From NCBI GenBank assembly GCA_900088475.1, contig FLMG01000572.1, positions 1-50,453 of the forward strand: 50,453 nucleotides of DNA. Reading direction: 5' to 3'. The translations under genes and the position numbers were made by a program. Shown here one piece after another: positions 24,101-35,900 of the stretch (position 1 is its first letter; every line of letters begins with the position of its first letter). The stretch comes from Hyphochytrium catenoides. Its lineage: Eukaryota > Protista > Hyphochytriomycota. A model generated the notes under the pieces. It made no database searches, was not told where the DNA came from, and saw only the letters and a list, made by a program, of their open reading frames with translations.

Positions 24101-27100
24101 GGTCATCTTCATCTTCACTCTTTGATCTTATCGCAGCCTGTGTCAGGATGTGAGGACAGTCTAGCTGAAACCTCGCTCAATTTGTTTTCTGCGGAAACTG
24201 TTCTTCATCCCTTATCCAGGAGGCTGATGACTTCTCTCTCCTCTTTACTTATCTGTCTCCGGCTCGCATCCTGCAGCGTCAGATAGAATAGTTCCTTCAA
24301 ACTTTCCCGCCTATGTTCGTGAAGACGGTTCGCCTGTAAAGCTAACAGTGAGGATCTTCGTGACCTACACCGGAAATTCGGGGCTCTCAGATGTTCAGCT
24401 AGTCCTCAACGTCCCGCAGCATATTTATACCGCAGAGACAACCATATTCTTACAGTCAGTAGGTAGGGGAGCGCAATATGTTTTCTCCTCTACCCTCCGA
24501 GCTGAATCAGGATTGGCGTTGCCCTCTTATATCTCGCAAGAAGTGTACTGAACACTCTCTTCTTTGCACGTTGCAGCGAAAGGCTCTGGCACTCCTACTT
24601 GTGTGCCAGTGACTCTTTACATTAGCAAACAGGCTATCCCTTCGTCGCTGAAGATTGGAATATCAGCACTTTATACGAGGTATCAGCCTTTGATCTTACC
24701 TTAAGCTTGACTCTGCGAACCCTATCGATTATCCCTTCTGTCGTGTGGGGTGTTTATTCTTCCTACTCTGTCTGTGCCAACTAAGGCATTGAGTCATTAT
24801 GAATGGGTCCATCTCTGGCAGACGCCCGTCTTACTATCTTCAAGAACCGCGGTTCTAACAGCTTACCCTGAAGTAACACATTCTTTCTGACTTCAACAAC
24901 AATCTCCCCAACCCGTCATTTTTCCTTTATGTCACCATTCACTTGAATAGCGCTAAGGGAGACCCTCGAGTTTCTGCTACCACTGCCGATTTGTCCGTTT
25001 GTCTTGCAGCGAGACTGGTTCCTCCTATTAAGAATGCCCAGTTTAAGGTAGGTCGAGCCCTTCGTAACCCTACTGGCACTCTTCCAAGTTGTGCTCACCG
25101 GTCTCGCTGATGAAGCTCACTCTACTGTATTTGGCAGTTTACGTTGGACACCAATAAGGACCCAGTACAGCTGGAAAAACTTTTTGAAGATCTCCTTGCT
25201 CAGCCAGGTCTGCCGCCATATTATTAGGTGTCCGATGAGACCTTTCCCAACCGCGTCTACCACACCTGTCTCCCGATACCCCCCTTTCTTTTTCTGTTAT
25301 CTGTCTTTCCTCATCTACTAGTTTGCCGACTCTACCCTGGCGTTAATATTTTACTTAACTCCAGATATGACGGAGGAAATGATCCAGAAAGTGGTCAATC
25401 CCGGTGCAAACGTCCTCAGCTTCCAGTACTATGGAGGGCCTGATGTCACAGTGCTAGGTTCCAAGAACTCCGGTAAGCTTAGTTTTGTTAAGGTTAATGT
25501 AACGACAGGTAGAGGGCAGAGAAATGAGCAAAGTGTTGGAGGCATGAACGTTGTGATATCCTCGTCTCAAGCGTTGCAAGAGAGAGAATACTGCGAAGAA
25601 ACTACAGCGCAAGGGGATATTTGAGAATGATGCACGATGCAGACGAAGAAGAATTTTACTATGTATCTAACTGCTATCTTTGTTCAGGTCGCTATCGAAT
25701 CCAAGCGGGATCGCTAGAAGCTCTCTGGCTCATCTCCAACGCATTCGTCAGCCGTATGGAATCGTATTTCTTAAAGACTGATAGCAAGGAAGGTGAGGCA
25801 GAGTATAGGGCTAGGAGTTTGCTTGCACCACCTGTCATATTCTTCCGCTACCCTTACCCTATGGAGGAATTGGACACCAAAGCACTCTTTCTTGAGTTCA
25901 CATCACCTTAACAAAGCTTCGCATGAACACGACGTAATATCGCGCTCTGCCTCCAAATTCACCTTCGCAGCTCCCCTTGTTATCAGCTATCAAGAGCCAC
26001 TTCCGCTCACGGACTTTTTCGCCGTGATTGATGAGCATCTAGCGGTTCGTATAGACTTCTTGTTTAGAGGCGCTTGCCCTAAGAGAATCCCCCTTATCCT
26101 CCAACTTTCTCGTCGCACCTCCTAGCTTCCATTGCCCATCACAAACTCGCCGTCTCTTGCAAGTCGCCACTTCTCTGCAGAATGGTATTGACTCTGGACG
26201 TGGTTTGCCTATGCTACTTTCTGATTTTATCCCTCCTCCTTTTTCTTGATATGAGCGCGTGCATACCCACGATACTCATGTCCATGGCCACTTCCTCCCG
26301 CTATCCATATCTTACCATCCTGATTGACTCTCTTTTGCGATCTGATTCTCGTCCAGTGTCGAAAGAGGCTTGAAGAGCTGATGGACATTCTTAACGACCG
26401 GTGCCACCAGTACAGAGTGATACAGAAGAGGCTGCTTGTTCGCTTTAAGGAGAAGACACCCACGCCCCTCAACAATCTTGATGCTCTTCTTCATGACACT
26501 CACAGCTCTATTATGGACTTGGCTGCGGAGGTGCGACAACTATTCTATATCGCTCTGCTTTGGCCACCAGTTCACAGCTCTTCTGCGTCTGAAATATCAA
26601 CCTCTGGCTGGTATAGCCCCGGCTTAGCTCAGTCTAGCCCCATCCTGGCTCCATTGCTAAAGACCATACAAGTTCCTCGAAGTTGTCGCCTGCGCTCCAT
26701 AGTGCGAGGTGTTTCTGTTGCTTCAACTTGTACTCTTGTTTTTTGACTTCTGCCCTCTATCGAGTTTTCGGCTGCACCTTTTGACATACCCATGCTGTTA
26801 GATCTCATCCATGCATGACCCTTCAATCTCACCCGACGCCATTATCTCCGACAGGTGGAACGCGCACAAGCTGCCCTTCGTCAAGCTTCAGTTAAGCTCT
26901 CTTGCTGTTGCCAGCTCAATCTGCTCTTAATTCGGTACAAGTTTAACCTTAATGAGGAATCTTTCCAAATCCTCCACTCACACATGTATCCTGATATCGA
27001 GGATAACCAGCAGCAGGTACGACCTTATCGGGAGGGGGACTATGGTTAGCGTTCTTAACGTCGATGCGTGGGGGTATCTGAGAGGGAGAGAGGGAGAGAA

Positions 27101-27708
27101 GCTTTAGGAGGTCTAGATCGAGATAAGAGTGCCTCATATTTAGCACATTAGAGACGAATAGGACAATGGCGAATCGGCTTCTGCTGATCTAACCTGACGT
27201 GCATTCGTAGGGCTGGGAGGAAAGAGTAGATGCCTCGGTCTCATATCTATTGAAGACTCTCCTCTCTAAGAGCAATCGAGACACCTTAGCGCCAACTCCG
27301 GAGCTTGTGATGCCGCAGGACACCTCCAAGGTACTCTTTCCTCCTCATTCATTCCTCGGGCTTTCTGATATTAGCTCTTGGAGCTTGGTCACTGCACTGC
27401 TCATCCCTAGCTATACGGTCTCTTTACATCGCTGTGACTCTCTGAGATGCATTTGCTCCTCTCCGCAGTTAAAGAAGCACATCACGCTTGTATGTGACCG
27501 TCTTTCGAAAGGCGCAACCCTCTCCCGCAACCAACAACCAGAGAGAGAGACGAAGAGTGATGGTGTAAAGGCAGAACGGAGGGGAGAAGACAAAGAAGAG
27601 GCTGAAGATCAAGACAAGAAAGAACAAGGTGATAAGATCGAAGAGACTTCGCCAGAGACGAAGGAAGTTGAGACCGGACGGCGAGCGAGTGCAGAGGAAA
27701 AGAAATGA
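21175..27708 (+). CDS. BBS9: BBSome subunit BBS9 / PTHB1 (~21 exons, GT-AG)
   Basis: Diagnostic N-terminus MSLFSLREWW, then IITGSFEGVLRVY, LAVLHPRQL, AYNMIHGPFGG, DFICVQSMD, LLPGP, LLWAAK, YLGTDP, SKNSGRYRIQ, QYRVIQKRLLVRFKEKTPTPLNNLDALL, QGWEE and LKKHITLVCDRL. Confidence 0.95.
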
Positions 27709-28005
27709 ACGGAAAGTAAAAAATGCGAGATACAGAGGTGCTCTTGACCACGACCATTTGCCACTTATAGAGATAAATAACATTATAATACTAGCTTTAG
27801 AAAACAACCCACAAGCGAAATCGTTCAAGGGCGGAAATATTTCCTATGTAACATCTTTACTCTCCCTTGCTCTTGAGAACACTAGCGTGCAGCTCCTGAG
27901 GCCGGGCTAGTCGCAGCACGCACGTGGTGCCTGAAAATGTGGGTTTCCTACTCTCTCATTCAGCTTAGGTGTCTCACCATAGCAGACCGCAACTACTGAT
28001 AATTG

Positions 28006-31000
28006 CTAACGTCGTACTTCATTGCCCTCTTCTTCCTGCTTGAGGTCATTTAGGATACTCTGCATTATCCCTTCTTCCATCTTGGAGCTTTCGGCCCAAC
28101 GTGAGGTGACTTGCTCTGATGATTTACGTTGAGCTCCAACTCCTCTCAGAGCGCCAAGCGCCCTTAGTTTGCGCTAAGGCATGCACCAAGTAAGAAAAAG
28201 GGATGGAGAGGAAGAGTCAATGGACTGAGTGGCAGTTTTTTTAGACAGAGCTCTGTAGCAACCGTTATACAGAAAGACAAGCTGTAGATAAATATCCCAT
28301 AGAAGTGTCCCATTGGGGGTGTCGAGTAATTGACAACGGTAGGAAAGGCTTCAAGAAGCAGACACAGCAATAGAGAGAGAGATAGGTAGACCAATAGCTA
28401 GAGAGGGACCGAGACACAAAGCTTGTAAATCCTAGCCTTTCTGTCCAACTTTCCCTCTTTACGCTTCCCTAGCCTTACCTTCACTCTCTTCCATTTGGCT
28501 TCACGGGTGAGTCTGGCAGTGATCCTGAAGCACTCCATAAATTCATTAATATTAACAGCTTCCTGTCCTCGGAGTTCTAACATCTCCATCAGCTCCTCAG
28601 GACGGTCAAAGGGAAGAGAATGAGGCGGAAGGTGCTGGTTCAGCAGCTCTACCCCGGCCTTGAACTCATCCAAAGTGATGATTCCATCGCCATTTGTATC
28701 CAGCGTGGTAAAAACCGCTTCAAGGTGCTGGCGATGGCGGTATAGAGAGTCAAAGGTAGCTCTCATCTCTATCTTGTTCTTGTTCATAGATCCGCCCTGG
28801 ACTTCGTAGCGCGAAAGAAAATCCTCATAGTTAACCTGACCTTTGGCGTCTAGGAAGGGACCAACCCCGCCGGCAAAAAAGACAACACGACTATTAAAAG
28901 GAGCAAGGGTTTACAGAAACATATCTGAGGTAACAGAGAGACAAGACTGTATCTCAGTGCATGGTTAGATGGGGCCAATGCGAAAGAAAAGCTGTTGAGT
29001 GCTCAGCAGTTGAAGCAGAACTGGCAGCAAGAAGATCCTAATGCCCAGAGATGGTGAGAACAAGCAAACGGACAAAACAGCAGGGAGACAAAAGTTAACC
29101 GCGTAGCGCGCCTACCCAGGGTAGCAAGAAAAGGTTGCAAAGAGGACCACTGAAGGCTAAGCTCCAACACTGCCTCCATAATCTGGCACCAGAGTGCCAT
29201 GCTTAGCGTTCCAGTCCCACTGACATCTTTTTCTTTAAACGCTAATAGAAGAGCTGCTTTATTCTCAATGATGGCAGAGATGACCGCCTCCAGGTTCGAA
29301 AGCTCTGTCTCTAATGTCTCTCCTACAGTCACGACCAATTGGACTGTTAGGTGAAACCCTTGTTGCGCAAATAGACAGTAGATCTGATCCCCACCTCTTG
29401 GTATGGCGAAGACCCTAAACTGATGCTCCTGAGCCATTTCTTTGCTAACAATCATATAAGCACCCTTGTTCTTAACTTTGCCACCATAAAAGGAGGCCGA
29501 GAACAAAGTGACGAGAAGATTGTTCTCTCCCCACGGCCAATGATAACCCTGTGGCACGCACTCGTGGGAGCGAACGATGAGCTCGATGTCATTGATCTCC
29601 ATGAATGTCTCAACTACATCCAAGCCGTACTTGATGCCTTGGCAGAGTGAGAATGGACAGAAATGGGAGACGGATCGAGGCGAAAGGATGGGAAGAAAAG
29701 GGCAACTTCAGGGGAGGGCGCATAAAAAAAAGGCTTGATTTGCAATACATACTACTGAAGCGAAAGGTAAGGTGGCCACGGACGATCCTAATGCAGAATG
29801 TGAAGAGCCATTGAAACCATCACACGCAAACATGGGTCAAGTTACCTGCTCCCCGCGTATTTTCTAAAAGCCCGTAGCCGGTTTGCGGATCGGACCAAAG
29901 AATGTCTCTCATAGCATTCATCTGGAAGGCATGGAGCATCTGCTTTTCGGATGGAGCGATGTCGAGCTGTTCCCTAGCCAGCTCGTAGTCATTTCTACCA
30001 CAAAGCCCATAATAGTTAGAGTGGGAGAACCAGAGAGTAGTAAGCGAACGTCTTCCTTTTCTACTACTTGCCTTGGAATGGCTTGTAAGTCCTTTATTGT
30101 GGCTGCTACTCGGCTGACACCACCGTGCAGGCAAAGGATCCTCCTCTCTTCAATATATATGCCAAACTAAAGAATATGACGAAGGGAAACAGAGAGTGTG
30201 CAAGAAGGAAGAGACACGTGAGACTCAGCGGAGCGTACCCGTTGTTGACAGGCCACTAAGAGATGGAAGCAAAAGAGGAGAGGTCAGGTGCATTGAAGTG
30301 CAAGGTAGAACATGAGAGATCAGAGAGGAAAATAGAGTAGAGCTCAGTTATAGGTTCACGTAATCCGCCGATGCCCCAGAGCTAAACAATGCCACAAAGC
30401 AGGAGGAGTTGCAAGTACCGGTAGCCAGCGGAAGCACTCAACGGCCTGCTGGAAGAGGGCCTCGTCGTACTTTGAAAGCACCTCCTTCCGGAACCCAAAC
30501 ACATTCGTGATGGCCCTGGGATGACTAGAGTAAGAACCAATAGCGCTGTGAAGGCAGAGATGAGGCATGGGGCGACCCAGAGATCCGAAAAGCATAATGG
30601 CACAGTGAGAGCGACCGTCACTCACTCATCTTCATGGTTTCCTCTATTAATGTGGACTGCTTCGGGATACAAGATTTGAAAGGCGAAGAGGATGCACATT
30701 ATCTCTACGCTGTTGGGGCCGCGATCCACAAAGTCTCCGTTGAATATGTAGGGATTATCAGGGCTGGGATAACCGTTCTCTTTGAAAACATAGAGCAGAT
30801 CGTCCAGCTGCCCGTGGATGTCACTAACCATAAAAGCAAGGCGACAGGACAAGAAGCGTCACAAAAGTTAAGCCACAAATGAACAACAAAAGAATAGGGC
30901 TAGGGGCAGATTCTGGCACTGGCCGTTCATTTAGCGCTTGAAACTCTTCAGCTGCAAAGAAGAGCAGGACCACGCGCAAGCCTCGAGTTCCGGGCTTACG

Positions 31001-32908
31001 ACGTCCAGGATCAAAGGTAGAGTAAAAGCTAAGGCTGTCGCCTTATCTCCAGATAGATCTCCTCCTCCTTCTATCTACTCGCCCGCACTCCCTTGGCCAC
31101 AACTAGGACTTACCCCATTATCGTTATTTTCCTCGCAGGATAGATTCTGACATACTTTATGTTGGGGAGTGTCTGTCGGCAATAAGAAGCATAAGTAACC
31201 TAAAGTTCCTCAAATAACAGGAATCTTCTCCTCCCTCTTGTCTCTCTCTAGGGTTCCTTCATCATCCCTAGTCTTTCACTGAGTGCTCTCTTCCCTACCC
31301 CTTCCCCTGGCCTAGAACTCTCCCAGCAGGCACCTGTCCCGCCGAAGACTGATCAACTACTCCTGCGAGCCCCTTTTGCGCTGCCACCAAATATCTAAAG
31401 CCCATTATCAGTTCTCATGTGTCTTACCTTGAAATACTCTGATGCTTCCAGAATGAGGCGCATGACATAAAGCTGGTGCAAAGGTTGGCCCCGTCTAAAA
31501 CTATTAATCATTGTCATGACTGCCTGCCAAAGCTCCTTTTAGATACATTTGTAACAGTTCAGGGGGGCGAGGTGGGCGGACAGTGACGGACCATAAGCCA
31601 AAACGAGAAGGTTAAGCTAAAAACAGGTTATCCCCACGAAGCGGTCGAGCGAGGTGATAACTCCTGGGAGATAACCTAGGCGAGAAGTGGTTCGATGTGC
31701 ATCGTCTTCGCGTTTATTTCTCTCCTAATCTCTCTAGCCGCACTCTTTCTCTTACCTCGACCGTGACCGCACCGGGGCCAAAATGTACCCCTTTATAGAG
31801 AGAGGAGATATCGATCTCTTTGAGTTCTTGTCGTGAGAGCTCCTTTGTCAGCGATCGGACAGCTTTAAGGGTGTTCTGACGACGGAGCTTCTTCTCTGCG
31901 GGTAGGTACTCCACTAGTGCTTGTAGAAAAGCCGCTAGCCTGAGCTGACATTGGAGAAAGAGGCATGGCGCCCCAAAGCAAGCGAGACGGGAAAGAGCAA
32001 GATCAATGTTGAAACAGATTTACTGAGGAAACAAAGGTGCCGGAGCAAAGAGACCATGCAGTCGTATGGGATCGGAAAGAAGACTTAGATTCAGTGGTGT
32101 GGACCCGTAGACGACAGCCGTTAGCTTGGGACAGCATGAGTAGGAGGATGCTAAGGTAAGAGTGACTGAATGAGGACGACGAACAGAGACCGATGGAGAG
32201 GATAGATCGCCAAGAGTTTCCTGGAAACCTCGTACCATAGCCGCTTCCTCTTTTGAATCCAGCTCACTGAACATCTGCCAATTGCTGAGTTCATGGCCCC
32301 TACGCCTTTCTGCGTGAATGGAAGACATTGGAGTGTAAGTGGACGCGTGCCAGCTGATTAGGGCCATCCAAAAGAGATTTGCACGCTGTAAGACAGGCAT
32401 GCTTATGAATGAAGAGGGGACAAATTGATCAGTGGGAAGAGTAAGACCGATATAGAGATGAAGATAGTAACCTTGCATCGTAGGCCCATCTACTTGTGCG
32501 CTTGGCTCGGCGGAGCTTTGCTTGCTTGCTGGATGGTCCGACCTTCTACAGAGTGAGAGAGCGGAGCTGATAAGAAGTTCTCCCTTTGTTTTTGTTGTTT
32601 GGCTTCAATAGTGATCCTCCACCAGCGAGGTCGAGGCTCTCCCTCTCCGGCGCCTACGTGATCTCTTTGTAATCTATCTCACTCTTGCTCCCTTCTATCC
32701 TCACTCTTCTCTCTCTCTCTCTCTCTTGTTTTGTCAGCGTATCCACCAGATCACGCTTCCTTCATCTTGCCATCTCAAAACTATGTCAGTCGCACCTTGC
32801 CTCTTGCACGCTGTTGGAGCGCCGATCTCGGGGGCGGAGAAGCTTTACCGTCCGGGGAAGGCCGACAGAGGAACTGCGCTCCTGCCTCGTGGACTGCGTG
32901 GTCCCCAT
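28006..32908 (-). CDS. PPEF: Ser/Thr protein phosphatase with EF-hands (PPEF/rdgC-type), ~13 exons
   Basis: PPP motifs GDIHGQ, FNGDFVDRG, NRGNHED, LHGG, DILWSDP, IVRSHEC and TLFSAS.Y. EF-hand DTNGDGIITLDEF plus degenerate EF-hands. Putative start MGTTQS (myristoylation-type) at 32908; the 5' exons are less certain. Confidence 0.88.
29995..30071 (-). other. GC-AG intron in PPEF (77 nt)
   Basis: Donor AAG|GCAAGT and acceptor GGTAG|A. This is the junction that best joins LQAIPR to NDYELARE in frame. Confidence 0.75.
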
Positions 32909-35900
32909 GGCTAGAAGAGTGGAGGGTCACAGATGCGACAGTGAAGTAAGCAGCTTCACCGGCACTTGTCCTCTTTTTCTCTTTGTCGGGTCTTTCTTTC
33001 TCTCTCTTTCCCTCCCTTTCTCTCTCTCTGTATGTGTTTCTCTGTGTCGTGGTGTCTCTGCGTGCTCTCTTTCCGCGTACACTCTCTCGCTCTCTCGCTG
33101 CCCGTGGTCTTTGCCTGTCCATCCCTACGCTTGGGCTCTCTTTGCTAAATAGAAGCGGCCTAGAGCATTTTTCTATCGTTTCCCCTCCTCACTACGTATC
33201 TTGCTCCCTTTTTTTCCACTGTTAGAATGTCTGTCATAGGCATTGTTCAGCGGCGAAGGAGGCGTTCAACCCCTCGTCAGACTTACTCTTGCCCCTTCTG
33301 CCCATCCTCCGTCTCAGCCTCCTTTGCCGCCATCTCTCTCCTTCCATATCTTCCTCCCGTGCTGCTGCTTTCTCTCTCTCCCTCTTCCTCTCTCTCCCTC
33401 TTCCTCTCATCTCTCTCTCTTATTCTCTCTCTCTCTTTCTCTCCCTTTCCTCAATATTCTCTCCTTGTTCTTCTCTCCCTCGTACTGTAGGTCCTTGTTC
33501 CCTTACATCTCCCCGTCTCGACCTACCAAGTTCTGAAGTAGTTGTTACAATCAGGAAATTTTGGTCCGCAGAGAGCTCATCATGACGCTAAGCTTTTCAG
33601 AAAAAAGCGGGCGGGAGCGGTCACCTCGCCCAAAGAATGGTCGCTCTCTCTCCTGTCTTAATCTTCCGTACGTGAGACGCGCCTCGGGTTGATTCCGCAA
33701 AGGAAACAAGGAGAGAGAAACAAGGGACAGTCGTCTACGCTTTAAGGATGATCTTGAGTGTAAGAAAAAATGAGAGGAGGAAGTGGTTCGAGACGGGAGG
33801 ATCTACCAGGATCATCTAGAGCTTTATAGGGCAGCAGTACCTCCGCCGGCATGAGATAAACTGAGAGCGCTCAATGGCAAAGTTGCAAAGAGCCTCAACT
33901 GGTGGGGCCTGCTCTGTTTGTTCAGGCCCTGACCTGGTTGCCCCTCCCAACTAATAACTCTGGAGGAAGTCTTGGCCTCTTATGCCTACTCCTGCTCTCT
34001 TTCGGCCCCCTTTCTCTTATGCGTTTCCTCTCTCCTCGGCTCATCTCTCTCTCTCCTCTCTCACGACTCTCTCTCTTTCTCTCTCTCTCTCTCTGTCTCT
34101 CTCTCTCTCTCTCACTCTTTCTCTCTCTATCTCTCATCTGTCTTACTCTTCTATTTTCTATTTCCCCTCTGTCAAACTCAAGAAAGTTGCGACTGCAACA
34201 AATACGCTAACAAATCATCCTTACCGGGCGGTTAAGGATCAGGGATCCATGGACCCCGTCATGCTCTCTCTATCGGCCACTGCGGAGTAGTATCAGAGCC
34301 ATACTTCAAGGTTCTGATGGGCCCCATAAGAAGTAGAGGTTGAAACATGATGCTTCCAGAGCGAGGCGTGCGCGGCCCCAACACGCCCAAACCGCCGAGG
34401 AGCAGGAGGTCCAGGCAGGCAGGCAGGCAGGCCCGCCACTACTTGATGTTTGAGTGTCAGGAGGAGCTCGCAGATCAAAAAAGTAGGGTGCTTCTGGAGA
34501 ACAGTAAGGCAATAATGCTTTCTTCTTCCCCCACTTTTCTTCTCTTTCGTTCTCTAGGTTGAAGTATGGCTTGTGATGACCAACAAGGCAAGGCACTACG
34601 GTGGCAAGGAACCACCAGCGGCCTCACAGAGATAATAACTCTTCCTTCATTAGAAACGGCACTAGTATGGGAGGATCTGTATCCGTTTCCTTCTATACCG
34701 TCTTCTCTCTCTCATCTTCTCTCTCTCTCTCTCTCTCGGGTTGTGTTTGCGTGTGTTGCTTCTGCTCTCTTTGAGCTCCTCTTTTCTATCCTCTTTCTGG
34801 CGGCTAGAAGCCTTACCCTCTAACCATCTTTCTCCTACCGTTACGGCTCCTCATTACATTCTTTCGGCTCTCAATGGCTCTGCCCCATCACCCATCGTTC
34901 GATGTCAACCTAGCTGGACCCAGTATACTTCTAGTAGGTTATAGCTATGTAGACTTTTGCTCACTCTACTTCATGTTATCCAAACACTAGCCTTAGGAGA
35001 GGACAGGGATATTGTAAGGGAGTCATCTTCTTGAGCGTCTTGCCATCCCCCACATATCTGCGCTCTCCTGCTTGCCATCTGTCCTGGATCTCAACTCACT
35101 GCCTCCCCGTGGTATCCTTTGTTATGGATGTATATCTTCCTCTGTCTTCCGCCGTGCAGACCGTAGTAGTAACGTAAACTAATGCAGGAACCTATTTTTG
35201 TTGTCGCTCTCTAAGTACTGAGAGGAGATCTGCTTTACGCAGTCACTTCGGATGAAGAACTAAAGGAAAGGAGAACTAAAGAATCGATCAACGTTGTCTT
35301 TTCGAAGAGACTTCAACCGGAGAAGAAGAATGAGAGCGATAATGATGCTCGTGTTCATAGATATAAGCGCGCCATACATCATAACCAAATGATGTCTTTC
35401 ACTAGCTTCATCACTGTTCTTTTCTTTTTATAACTACTGTCAGGAGCCAAGCCAAGATATGCAGGGATTCAATGTCACAGCAGGCTAAGAAGAGAACAAC
35501 AAGGGGAACGGGCGTACTGGGAGTGTCAGGGTGATCACAAGGAGGAGACAGATCAATCAATGAAAGAGGAAACCGTCTTGTTGACCCAGAAGAGAGGTGA
35601 AGGAGGATCTTGCTTTCATGTTATAAGGAAGACGCTTGATGTCCTCTAAGTTGCCCTGGGTATAGGAGACAGCACTCATACCCACAGCAGAAAGGAAAGG
35701 AGCTAAAGGGTAACAGGAACGATGGATTTTCCCGCACGCGGTGTTGCCTTCAACAGATCTCTTCGCCTCGGCCCTCTGTCTGGCTCCTTTCGAATCGATG
35801 ATGAAGGGCCAAGCTCTAGGATATGGCAAGAGCCAGGATAAGGAAGGGCTTATCACTTTTCGACACCCAGTCGTCGCTTGGTGATGGGAAGTTCCGGAAC

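Noticed and set aside
35112-35120. GTATCCTTT, a perfect U12 GT-type donor on the plus strand
   Set aside because: There is no convincing U12 branch site downstream and no host gene model. Roughly one such 9-mer is expected by chance over both strands.
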